From Lama guanicoe (Eukaryota): 64,000 nt of DNA. Location of the stretch: NCBI GenBank assembly GCA_013239625.1, contig MU053881.1, positions 13,034,879 through 13,098,878 on the forward strand. Reading direction: 5' to 3'. This document shows, piece after piece, positions 12,770-24,510 of this stretch. A model generated the notes under the pieces. That model was not told the origin of the DNA and ran no database searches. It saw only the letters and a program-made list of their open reading frames with translations. Every line of letters begins with the position of its first letter. Positions within the stretch are counted from its first letter, which is position 1. Made by a program: the position numbers and the translations under genes.

Positions 12770-14500
12770 CACCCACAATGTAAGTGAATTCCCAGTTCTC
12801 TGCATCCTTGCCAGGATTTCATGTAGTCAATATTATTTCATTTTAGTTATTATAATGAGTATATAGTGGAATCCAATCACAGTTTTAATTTGCGTTACCC
12901 TAATGATGTTGAACACCATTCGTGTGTTCATATGCCTGTGTATACTTTCTTTGGTGACATGTCTGTTCAAGACTTTGAGGCATTTCTTGTTTTTTTTTCT
13001 GTTACATTAGAAAACTATAGTAAATTTGCAGTGGAGAAGACTGTTACAGAAGTGTGATAACCAGCTTCAAAGATTGCCCCAATACCCCCAACCATCTGAC
13101 TGTCACAACTTTGAGGGGTTACCTCTCACAGAGCCCAATGTACATTGGTTTGTGTGATCAGGAAGCTATAGGTTGCTGACTCCTCATCTAGTTGATTGAT
13201 CTGCACCTGGAGTTTATTCTGCTTTTGCTGGATTGTCCTATAAATTGAGTCCAGTTAATCCATGATGTTGTTTCATTCCTCTATATTCTTGCTGATTTTG
13301 TGTATACTACTTCTGTATCGGAGGAAAGTACTGAAATTTTCTTCTATATTTTTGTGTTTGTATATTTCTTTTTGTCAAACTTTGCTTCATATTTATTTTA
13401 AAATTCTGTTGCTAGCTGCAAACACATGTAAGGATTTTTTTTTTTTGGTCCTTTTGGTGAATTAATCCTCTTTCCTCTTATCATTGGGTAATATCCCTCT
13501 TTATCCCTAGTGATTTTCTTTGCTCTGAAAATTGCACTTTGATATCAATAAAGCCCCTCCAGCTTTATTTTGTTTAGTATTTGTACGGTGTATCTTTTTT
13601 CATTCTTTTACCATTAACTCACTGACATAATTGTATTTGAATGAGTTTCTTGTAAATAGCGTATAGTTTGGTATTTTAAAATCCATCTCTGTTTTTTAAT
13701 TCATATGAATTAACACTTTGCATTTCATGAAATTATTGATACATTAGGGTGTTTGTTTTTATGAACTGAATTGTGTTCTCCCCAGAATTCATATTTTGAA
13801 GCTTTAACCCCCAGATATGGCTGTATTTGGAGACAGGACCTAGAAGAAGGTAATAAAGGTAAAGTAAGGTTACAAAGGTAAGACCTTAATCCTTTATAAG
13901 AAGACGAAAAGATACCAGATCTCTCTCTCCCCCTCCCTCTCTCCACCCCACTTTTTTTCTCTCTCTCTCTCTAAGTGAGCACAAAGAAAGGCCATGTGAG
14001 GCCAGCAAGAAGGGTGATGTCTACAAGCCAGGAAGAGAGCTTTCAATAGAAACTGAATTTGCTGGCACTTTCATCATGAACTTCTACCTTCCACAAACTT
14101 GGAGAAAATAAATGTCTGTTGTTTAAGCCACTCAGTTTGTGATATTTTGTTATGGCAGCCTAGGGAGACCAATACAAGAGTCTACCGTTTTATTTTTTGT
14201 TTTTCCATGTGTTTGCTTGTTTAAAAAAAAAAAATCCCTGTTTCTTCTTTTTCATCTTCCTTTTGGGTTATTTAGACAACCTTTAGTATTCTGTTTTGAT
14301 GTGACTTTTGTGTTTTTGACTGAACCTCTTTCTGTGTCCTTCTAAGTGGTTTGCCTAGGGGTTACAATATACATACTTCAAAGTCTGTCTATGGTATCAG
14401 CATTTTACAACTTTTAAGTTGAATGTGAAAATCACCATATAGTTCTTTTTTTTTTAACATCTCTTTATTTCATGGTTTTCTTACATGTGAACATCTCTGT
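12770..14500 (-). mobile_element. Old L1M fragments (ORF2 region) interrupted by LTR pieces
   Basis: Antisense L1 motifs 'ccagttctctgcatccttgccag', 'gttttaatttgcgttaccctaatgatgttgaac', 'ctccagctttattttgtttagtatttg...tatcttttttcattcttttac'. MLT1E/F-like start at ~13053. Confidence 0.65.
13757..14176 (+). mobile_element. MaLR solo LTR (MLT1A/B-like) nested in L1
   Basis: 'ttatgaactgaattgtgttctccccagaattcatattttgaag' ... 'aaataaatgtctgttgtttaagccactcagtttgtgatattttgttatggcagcc...aataca'. Opposite orientation to the LTR at 6353. Confidence 0.85.
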
Positions 14501-14514
14501 ACATTAAAAACCCC

Positions 14515-14790
14515 AATAATTATTCTGACACCGTCGGTCATACTGCAATTCAATTCTGATACTACACATCAGAAGTTAACATCAGATTCCACTGGCTTAA
14601 AGACATGATCCTCAGTAAGATTGCCTCCACTTCAGACACCACTACACTTCAGGATTCCCCAGGCCACCCACACTCCTCACTAACTAGTTACAAACTTAAG
14701 AGTTGTCATGACCTTCTCAGGTTAAATAATTCACTAAAATGATTCATAGAATTCAGGAAAGTGCTATACTTAAAATTACAGTTTATAATA
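14515..14790 (-). mobile_element. ERV LTR fragment (MER21-like)
   Basis: 'caattcaattctgatactac...tcagattccac...ttgcctccacttcagacacc...aattcactaaaatgattcatagaattcaggaaagtgctatactt'. Confidence 0.6.
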
Positions 14791-14794
14791 AATC

Positions 14795-15950
14795 AGTGTC
14801 TTGGCTATTGTAATTAGTGTTGCTATAAACATAGGGATGCAGCTATATTTTTGAGTTAGTGTGCTCATTTCCTTCGGATTGAAGTGGAATTGCTGGATCA
14901 TTTGGTATTTCTGTTTTTAATTTTTTGAGGCTCCTCCATACTGTTTTCAATATTGGCTAATTTAAAATCCTACCAACAGTGCATAAGGATTCCCTTTTCT
15001 CAACATCCATGTCAGCATTTGGTATCTCCTTTTGATGATGGCTATTCTAATAAGCATGAGGTGATATCTCTTTGTAGTTTTAATTTGCATTTCTCTGTTG
15101 ATGAGTGATATTGAGCACCTTTTCATATACCTGTTGGCCTTTTGCATATCTTCTTTGGAGAAATGTCTATTCAGATTGTTTGCCCATTTTTAAATTGGGT
15201 TATTTGGGGGGTTTTACTATTGAGTTGTATGAATTATTTATATATTTTAGATATTAACTCCTTATCAAATACACAGTTTGCAAATATTTTTTCCTATTAA
15301 CATAGATTTTCTTTTCACTTTGCTGATGATTTGCTGTGCAGAAGTCTTTTAGTTTGATGTAGTCCCACTTATTTTTCATTTTGTTGCTTGTGCTTTAGGT
15401 GTCATATCCAAAAAATCATGACCAAGACCCATGTTAAGGAGCTTTATGACTATGTTTTCTTCTAGAAGTTTGTTGGTTTCAGGTCTTACATTTGTTTGTA
15501 ATTCATTTTGAGTTAATTTTTGTGAGTGGTATACAATACAAGTCTTGTTTTATTCTTTTACATATGAATGTCCAATTATCCCAGCACCCGTTATTGAAAA
15601 GACTGTCCTCACTGAGTGTTCTTGGGTCCTTTGTCAAATATTAGCTGATGGTACATTCTTGGGTTTATTTCTGGCTCTTGATTTAGTCCCATTGGTCTTT
15701 TTGTCTGTTTTTATGCCAGGACCATACTGTTCTGATAACAATAACTTTATTGGATAGCTTGAAATCAGGAAGTGTGGTTCCTGCTGCTTTGTTCTTCTTT
15801 CTCAGGTTTTCTTTGTCTATTCAGGGTCTTTTGTGGTTTGATACAAATTTTAGGAGTTTTGTCTACCTCTGTAAAAAATGCCATTGGAATCTTAATAGAA
15901 ATTGCACTGAGTCTGTAGATGGCTGTTGGTAGTACTGACATTTTAATTGC
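14795..15950 (-). mobile_element. L1 ORF2 C-terminal region, decayed
   Basis: Minus ORFs [30 protein letters not shown] and KMSVLPTAIYRLSAISIKIPMAFFTEVDK are typical L1 ORF2p segments. Frameshifts and stops present. Confidence 0.92.
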
Positions 15951-17072
15951 TTTAAAATATGCATCACATAATTTCAACATTTGTGACGTATTATCATTGG
16001 TGTCTGTTGAAAGGGGGAAAAAAGTCTTTTTCCTTTTGATTTGAGATTTTTCTAGTTCTTTGTATGTCAAGGTAGTTTGGATTAAATGCTAGACGTATGG
16101 AATTATTATATGAGACTGCAACTTGACTAATTTCTAAATGTGGTACATTTGTTCTAGCAGGAAAGAGACCAGTTTAGTTGCAGGCACTGTTTCTAACCTG
16201 TAGTTTCCAAAGCCAGTGCAGTAGTATTCTGATCTGTGTTGGGGATGTGTCATCCAGTCACCAGTCTGGGACTCAGCGTTTGGTTTGTTAATTCAGTTCT
16301 TAGTATCTTTAGTATGGTAAATAGTGTCATATTTATGTATGTGCAGCTTGGGGTGGGCAAAGATCATAAAAACCTTTCTTGGGCTACTTTCCCAAGTCTT
16401 TGCCTCTCTTTGACTTCCCCAGTAATTTCTGTTTTCTTGGAGCTTTTTTTTTTTGGTCCTGTGACCAACGGCTGAGACTGTATTTACCTTGTTCTTCCGG
16501 GTACCTCATCAGTCGATCCAGTGGCAAGGCCAGCCAGCAGAAGAGAGAATGAAAGCACCCGAGGATAGACCCTGTACTCTCGGAGTCATAGCTCCACTGA
16601 TCCCAGGGGAACACTCCCCGACACCAGAGTTTAGTTTGTGTGGTTACTGTTGTATACGGCTGTCACCGGTACCGTGTAATTGCTTGAGAGCCGGGCTGTA
16701 GGAGAAAAGAGAACAGGAAAAACCAAAAGGGTGTGTTTCAACAAACTTTCTGAGGGCTGAGTTCCTTTTCTATTGCTGAACCAGAAGTAGAGGATCTTAA
16801 CTAGAGTTTTCTCTCTGTGTGTCTTAGCGCCCACCTCTGGTACACTGAATTCAGGCTGGAGGGGGGTCAAAAGGGAAAAAAAAAAAAAGACAACTCATGG
16901 ATATGTCAGTTGTATTTCAAATTTTGATCTTCCTTCCGAATCTTTCTGCTACTGTGTACTTTGGGAGTGCTCCAGTAGCTGTCCCATGCATTCTGTCCAG
17001 ATTTTGTAGCTGTGTTTAGTGGAAGAAAGAGAATGGAATAAGCTTATTTTATCTCACTCAGAGCCTGAGCCT
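15950..17072 (-). mobile_element. Old L1 5' region (L1M4/L1ME-type 5' end)
   Basis: Terminal 'cattctgtccagattttgtagctgtgtttagtggaagaaagagaatgg' resembles the 5' terminus of the large L1 at ~30120-30205. Confidence 0.5.
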
Positions 17073-17089
17073 AGTCTTCTTGATAACAA

Positions 17090-17290
17090 ATATTTATAGA
17101 GTGGATTTCATGTGACAGGTCCTCTGCTAAGTGATTTATATAGATGATCTCTTTATCTCTAACAACAGGCCGCCGAGGCACCGAGGTTGGTTCAATTCTA
17201 CAGATGATGAAACTGAGTATATAGGAGACTGAGTAACTTACTCACTGTCACTCTGCTACCAAGAGCTCTCTGTGCTCAGACTTCAGGCCT
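17090..17290 (-). mobile_element. MIR SINE
   Basis: MIR core 'ttctacagatgatgaaactgag...gagtaacttactcactgtcac'. Confidence 0.7.
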
Positions 17291-18543
17291 ATTGAGTTGT
17301 GGAGCATAAAGCTCTTTCCTGGAATAACCTCATCTAGGGCAATGACCCAAAATGAGGATGGGATTTTAGATAGAAAGAAATTTGTGTGAAAGCTCTGGGT
17401 AGGACTTGAAGAAAATTGCATAAGTAACACTGAAGACTAATTTGCCTCTTTCATTATTTTACTTGGCTCTAGTTCTGCTGTCAAAGTCTTGCCAAGGTTA
17501 GAACTATGGTTTTTCCTTGTGGTGAGAAAATGTGCTCAAAGACTTCTTAAAGCTCTAGAAATCTGAGGGCAAAAAAACCTTCAACAAAGATCTTTTAAAA
17601 TAGAGAGAACATTGAAATGGAGAAAAGCAATGAAAAACTTCCTTGGTAACTCTGTCTTTCTTGGTCCAGCGGAAGTTTTTACAATAGCTACATATTTAAG
17701 GTTGAGGAAATTGTGCAACCCAGAATCTTGTTTCAGTGCACATACAATGTTTAAAAACTGTTAAAAAGCTTTTTACTGAGTTGATAAAAGTTTATCATCT
17801 GGAATTTTTTTTTAAAAATCTGGGATTTCCTCAAGGAAATATTTTGCTGAGAAAATGTCCAAGGGAGTGCCCTGGAAATGAAGGGTTAACATAAGTTGAG
17901 AGACATTTAAAAGATGAGTACATTTGAAGATAACCTGATCTTGACTTGAGACCCAGTTGTATCTGCCATCATTTGACATCATGAAATAGGCAGATTCATA
18001 TATAGTTCTATGATGTTATTTGTTCAGCGCACTTCCTTTTTTTTTGTTCCTTTGTAAGCAAACAAACCTGCAAATGCCAATAGCAAACAAACTGAAGCAA
18101 AGGGAAAAATTGCCCAGACCCAGCAGTTGTGTAGTAGGAACCTGTTTTTAAAAAAGGTAGTGTACCATCTAATTCTAACCTCTTGCGCCGGACTATAGAA
18201 TTAGTTGTGACTATTTTTTGGAGTCCCCCTGTTTCCTCTGTTTAATTTGTTAGTTCTACAATGTCACTGAAAGTAAGGTGAAGCCCTGGGACAGAGACCA
18301 TGGGCACACATCAAGTGTGAATTTTTCTCAGGCTGTTTGGAAATACGTACATCCCTTAAGTTAAAGCTTCTAAAAACAAGGTCATCTGACATCAAGGCCA
18401 GTAAGGGAGGAGGTATGATGGAAAGAAAGATCACCACGGCTCATGAGTCAACATCCATGATTTAAAAGTCAGCAATGACTTACATAGTCAAAGCACATTC
18501 AACTTTGTTATAACTGTTCACACGGTTTTGATTGGGTGGCAAT

Positions 18544-19346
18544 TGTATTAATTTGGTAGGGCTGCCATAACAAAGTACCACAGAATAGATGGCTTACACT
18601 ACAGAATTTATTTCCTCATAATTCTGGAGAAAGTCTGAGATCAAGGTGCCAGCAGGGCTGGGTTCTCTGCTGCTACCTTTCTCCTTGTATTGTGTGTGGC
18701 TGTCTTCTCCCTGTGTCTTCACATGGTCATCCCTCTAGAACTGTGTCCTGATGGCCTCTTCTTATGTGGATATGAGTCATAGTGGATTGTGGCCCATTTT
18801 AACTGAATTCCACATTTTAAAGACCTTATCTCCATCGTTATTCTAAGTGAAGTAAGCCAGAAAGAGAAAGAAAAATACCATATGATATCACTCATATGTG
18901 AAATCTAAAAAAAAAAAAGAAATAAAAAGCATACCATGAACTCATCTACAACACAGAAACAGACTCATAGACATAGTTAACAATCTTATCGTTACCGGGG
19001 GAAAGGGGAGGGGGAAGGATAATATGGGAGTTTGAGATTTGCGAATGTTAACCGCTATATATAAAAATAGATTAAAAAATAGATTTCTTCTGTATAACAC
19101 AGGGGACTATATTCAATATCTCATAATAACCTTTAATGAAAAAGAATATGAAAATGAATATGTATATATATATATGCATGACTGGGACATTGTGCTGTAC
19201 ACCAGAAACTGACACACTGTAACTGATTATACTTCAATTAAAATTTTAAAAAACCTGTCTATCTCCAAATACAATCACATTCTGTGGTACTCGGGGTGAG
19301 GACTTCAAGTTCTTAATTTGGGGTAGGTAGAAGTCAGCCCATAGCA
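18544..19346 (-). mobile_element. MaLR solo LTR (MLT1B-like) split by an L1 insertion
   Basis: 'agggctgccataacaaagtaccacaga...tctgagatcaaggtgccagcaggg' runs to 'ttatctcca' (~18833). It resumes at ~19253 with 'tatctccaaatacaatcacattctgtggtactcgggg...cagcccatagca'. Confidence 0.85.
18834..19253 (+). mobile_element. 5'-truncated young L1 3' end inserted into the MLT1 LTR
   Basis: 'gttattctaagtgaagtaagccagaaagagaaagaaaaataccatatgatatcactc...ctgtaactgattatacttcaattaaaa' is the reverse complement of the other young copies. TATCTCCA is duplicated on both sides. Confidence 0.9.
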
Positions 19347-21042
19347 TAGATATTTAGATTTCATAAATTTTTATATCCATATTCACATGGATACATATGT
19401 AATTATATACACACATGTATATGTCTGTACATATGTACATATGACATGCATGTGTATATAATGTGTGTGTGTGTAACTAGGGAATAAAAAGCACTGTACT
19501 AAGCTGTTTTAAAATTGGAAGATTTAGGTGTATATGTCTTATCTTTACACAAGGTGGCAGTTGGTTAGGTAATTTTTAAACATCTGCTCTTAGCTCTAGC
19601 CAATTTTTCTCACGAGTAATGACATTTAGAAAGGCAGGCAGAGAAGCCTGTGGCTTTGTTGTGCCTAGGGACATCTACTCCTGTGTCAACACAGTCCCCA
19701 CACCCAGATCACATCAGTTATTTGGGTTACCCACCTGGCTTTTAGGCATTTGTGTTTATAACAAATTCTGACCGCTTACAGACCATGTGAATCATACCAG
19801 CTAGCCTGATTTCAGGCTTCCTCTTCCTGGAGGGAAAGAATAGGGTTTTTGATTTATCTTCTAACAGTTCGAAATTTCTGAGAGCAAGACTTAGTTAATG
19901 TCTGTAGCTCAACATCAAGTGAAAAAGATTCAATATCCTTGATGTTTGCTTGTTTGGCTGGTTGTCCCTGAAAGTGTATCTTCACACATAGACTGGGTCT
20001 GTGTGTTTGATACAGCTGTATCAGGTTAGTTGTCAGTTAAAACTGTCTATATAAAAACAATTGAAAATTAAAAATTTTAGCCAAACGTCTGTGGTTTTGT
20101 AACTTACATTATGTCATATAATTGGCTATTTCACTTACTTATTTATTTTACTAAATTGAACAAAGTTGTATACATAATTAGTATTTTTTAAAGAAGGGAA
20201 TGAAAAATACCAGTAAAAGCAGATTGATTGTGTATTATGTAATTTTGAAAAAGCTATTTAGATGATTGAATTTTTCACTCTTCATGGGGTTGGTACTCTG
20301 GGATAAACATGACCACAGATGCTCATGCAGTTTACATTCAGTGAAAGCTAGAAATTTGAGAATACTGTGACCAATTATGAGCAGAACCAGGTTATTCAAA
20401 AGAAGAGGCTTTCAAAGTTTTAACTCATATCAACAGTCAAGTAAATAACAAAAAATGAACCACATTATAATCTCACAGAGTATTTATAGTGTGCCAATTT
20501 CGTGGAATTCTAGGTTTGATATGCCTTGAATAATAGAGACAAATTTCATTCTCAAGTGATTCACACACCAGGATACATAATCCTAAGGTTCCTCACAGGG
20601 TAAACCACTTGTGCACTTTAAACAGTCAAATGATGCGTACACAGCTAAGGTGCTCTCAGAGTTAGTGTACAATGAAAATATTGAATGAAAAATGAATATA
20701 TTAAATCAGATGATTTCCTTTTTATCTGCCATCTTTCCTTTTCCATTTTAATCTATTATTATTATCACTTGCTGATTATCTCCTTTCAGCAAATACTAGG
20801 TGGCCAGTCAGCCCCCTCTCCCCGCTTTCATGTTGCTAAGTGTCGGATGTTTGCATTTTAAAAGTTACCTGGGAGAAAATCCAGTGGAGATTCTATTTAT
20901 CTCACCTGAGTCATGGCTTGCATTTTACCTGCCTCCACTCCTACCTTTGTTTATTAATTTTTCTCACCCTAGTCATGTAGATACAGTGAGGCAGGCGGCA
21001 AAGCCAAGCCTTTGGCAAGGTTTTCCACTTGCCACTTCCTAC

Positions 21043-21334
21043 CGTTAGCTTGTCCCTCTGATCCAGCAGCCTCCAAAAGGCCCGTGAAGACGCCCGTTTA
21101 ATTCTGCGGCGACCTATGCTGCTTGTCTTTTTGGAGGATTCCCCTGATTCGAAACTTCCCATGACTTTGGGACATAGGATGACTACCACGGCCTGAGATA
21201 CCTTCACCTTGTCCGTGTACGTCTTGAGCAGGCTGAAAGTCAAGTCTGTTTCCTTTCTGGATTGTGTCACCGAGCGGGAAGCTGCCAGCCCCGCTACGCT
21301 GCCGTGACTGACTGAAGCCCAGGGCAAATGTGTG
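21043..21334 (-). other. Candidate exon (292 nt), CpG-enriched, product unrecognised
   Basis: Minus strand: ~45-nt AG-free pyrimidine tract ...ctccctctatcatctctaacAG|cacacatttg, donor ACG|GTAGGA. About 15 CpG in 292 nt. One frame is fully open (part of ORF 20941..21498); another gives 78 aa then TAA. Confidence 0.35.
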
Positions 21335-21666
21335 CTGTTAGAGATGATAGAGGGAGATGGAGTGAAGAATAAGAACCAGACCTTACTTGAAAAGAAAGCA
21401 TTTCTTAGTGATGTTGACATGGGCCCAGAGGCTCTGGCAGAGAGCAGAAATGTGACCTTCATGATTTGGTAGGCAGGCAGGCATCTGTCTTGGCACACTC
21501 TAGAAAGATGCCCCGAAGAAGCACAGACCCTAAACCACCCTCACGAGACTGACTGGAAACACAAGCCTTCCCCACTGGCTTTCTGCTGGGCGGTCTCTCT
21601 CTTTATTTCTGCTGATTAATTAACATCCAACGTAATTACCAACTTGCCATTCCTAAATTTACTTAC

Positions 21667-21795
21667 CGCCTTAGACTGTTTGCTTTTCCTGCCAGTCCTC
21701 CAGAGTTTAAAGCTCCCACTGGCTCCAGCCCCGAATGACAGTTGTTTTTCTGCCTCATCCCTGCGTTTTTTTGTTGGTTTGAAGTGAAAGGTGAT
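21667..21795 (-). other. Candidate exon (129 nt)
   Basis: Minus strand: tcttttctctgcaAG|atcacc ... aaggcg|GTAAGT. Frame 0 open: ITFHFKPTKKRRDEAEKQLSFGAGASGSFKLWRTGRKSKQSKA. Confidence 0.3.
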
Positions 21796-22904
21796 CTTGC
21801 AGAGAAAAGACGAGCTTCTTTATAGTCTTAGCAGCACCTCCAGTCAGCTCTTCGGTTCTGATTCAAGGTGACTGCTTTTTGTGTTGCATTTCTTATGTTA
21901 ACGTTCTGTTTCAGGAGCTGCCAGAACATGCATTTCATTTTTAAAATGAATGCAGAAATGCCCACAGCTTCTACAGGACCATGGAGGCTGACTAATTAGA
22001 TCCATTAAACAGTCCTCAAAAGCAAGGGGAATTTGTCTCTTACTCTGGTTTTTGGGTTTTTTATTTTTTACCTAAGACTACCTCTCCACATTGCTTTATT
22101 GAATTGTGTGCTATGTTTAATGGTCCCCTTTGCTAAAACACTGGGTCACAGAGTCCTTTTTATCTGTGCCACTTGGGTAGTGTCAGTGTTTCCCCTCCTA
22201 TGGCTGCATCTGGTATGCTGTTACTCAGGGAGTTATAAAGTAGTCAAAAAATATGATTGGCATGGTGTCTAATTTTGGAGCTATAAATGTGCTAGAGGAA
22301 ATAGCATAGAAAACCTTGAGAATTCTTTTTATTTTAAACAAGAGGAAAAATTTCTGTTACTATATTGGCTTTTAAAAATTCCCATAAAGTACTATTCACC
22401 TTTAAAAAAATTTTTTTTTTACATTTCTGAGTTTTAATACATCCTAGACTTATATAACCACTAACACAATCAGGATACAGAATAATTCCATCACCCCAAA
22501 GAATTCCCTTGTCTCTTGACAGTCAAGGCTTCCTCCCGCCTCAGTCTAGCAACCAATGACCTTCTTTCCATTAGGGCTGTTTTGCTTTTCCCAGAATATC
22601 TATGAATGAAATCATTTAGAGTGTAACTTTTGAGACTGACTTTTTTTCGCTTAGTATAATGCCTTTGGAATTCATTCATATGATTATGCATATCAGTTGT
22701 TACATCTTCTATCGCTGAGTGGTGGTATTCCATTGTATGTTTGTACCAGAGTCTGTTTATTCATTCTGTCACTGAAGGTCATTTGAGTTGTTTCTAGTTT
22801 TTGGAATTAGAGCTAGGTTGCTGTAAATATTCATGTATAGGTTTTGTGGAATTAATGAGTCATATGGTAAGTGCAAATTTAACTTTATAAAAAAACAATC
22901 AGAC

Positions 22905-24510
22905 TTGTGGTTTCTGGTCTGGCATCTAAGCAGCTTAGAAGTCACCACGAGTCCTAACGAGTGAAAAACTGAACAGAGTGAAAAATCAACAGTTCTCCTT
23001 GGACTCATCATAGACATGAGGTCACAAGGCAAACAGCTGCCGTAAAAATCAGAGAAACAGACAGGTAGCTGTCACAGCTCACTGGAGTTGAAACTTCCAT
23101 GGGGACCAGTGCCGGGGTAGGAAAAAAAAAACAAAACTGAACTACAGTTGACAAATTGCTGGAGGCTTAGTGTGAGCATGGCTAAGAGTTAAAAACTCCG
23201 GGGGACCCAGTCATAGGAAGATCCCCATGGTTTTGTGAGCTTTGCCTCCAGGAGCTTTCCCAGGTTCTCACAGTGAATAGTGGAGAACAGCCTCTCATAC
23301 GTGCATGTTTCTGGCAGGGGTGAGGGGGAATCTGGCAGGGGTGATCATTCAGAAATAAGCCAGAGCCCTCTGTGCTTCTTAACGAGGCCTGCCTCAGGGG
23401 GAGCTAGTTAGCCAGGGGCTACCCCTGCTTGACCTCTACCTCCACCTCTTTCTCAGAGGCCAAACCTACGCTGGGGACACTTGGGGCAAGAGAAGTACCA
23501 AACTCCAGCCCACTCCAGCCATCTGGTCCCACCGAAAGTAGGGAGAACTGATAAAACTGAGAACTCAGCACTGGTGAGGTTCACAGTCCAGGGGCACAGG
23601 CTCACCCAAACTGAGACTCACCGTGGAACTGTGGAGCACTTCCTCTCCCTGGACGCCTTACCACTGCGTTGCTGAAGGCCTATTTACTGCAGCTCCTTTT
23701 ACCTAGTGTGTTGTGTCCACCTTTCGACAAAAAATCGTAAGGCATACTGAAAGGCAAAAAATGCACTTAGAGCAAGTATCGGAACCAGATTCAGATATGG
23801 CCGGGATGTTGGAATGATCCGAATGGGAATTAAAACAGCTATGATTTATATACTGAGGGCTCTAATGAATAAATGGACAGTATACAGAAACAAATGGGCA
23901 ATGTAAATAGGATGATAGAAATTCTAAGGGGAAAAAAACAAAAAAGAAGGCTAGAGATCAAAAAGTCTATAACAGAAGTGAAGACTGCTTTTAATGGCCT
24001 TACTAATAGACTGAGCATGGCTAAGGAAAGAATCTCCAAGCTTGAGGGTGTGACAATAGAAACTTCCAAAACTGTAATAAAGCAAAGAGAAAAAGACTTA
24101 AAAAGAAAACAAAATGAACAGAATATCCAAGGACTATATGACAGCTACAAAAGATGCAACGTATCCATAATAGAAATACCAGAAGGAGAAAAAAGAAAGC
24201 AGAAGCAATTTGAAGCAATCATGACTCAGAATTTCCTAAAATTAATGTCCAAGATCAAACCATAGGTCCAGGAAGCTCAGAGAACACCAAGCAGGAAAAA
24301 ATACCAACCCCACTCCCCACCCCCCAAAAAAAACTACACATAGGTATATCATTTTCAGACTTTAGAAAACCAAAGATAATTTTTAAAATCTTGAAAAAAA
24401 GATAGGAAAAAAAAAGTCTTTCCTATAGAGGAGCAAAGATGAGTATTACCTCTGACTTCTCAGAAACTGTGTGAGCAAAAAGAGAGTGGGGTAAAATATT
24501 TAACGTGTTG
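22905..24510 (+). mobile_element. L1 5'UTR + ORF1 fragment (L1MCa-like 5' end), 3'-truncated, nested in the minus-strand L1
   Basis: ORF 23873..24265 (coiled coil ...KTAFNGLTNRLSMAKERISKLE...YKRCNVSIIEIPEGE...IMTQNFLKLM) is L1 ORF1p-like, followed by 'caggaagctcagagaacaccaagcagg'. Host L1 resumes at ~24515. Confidence 0.85.

Noticed and set aside
23310..23345. Short tandem duplications (also ~30359, 31218, 47238, 61271)
   Set aside because: Ordinary 9-14 nt slippage duplications.
23873..24265. 130-aa coiled-coil protein gene
   Set aside because: L1 ORF1p remnant with a premature stop and downstream frameshifts.
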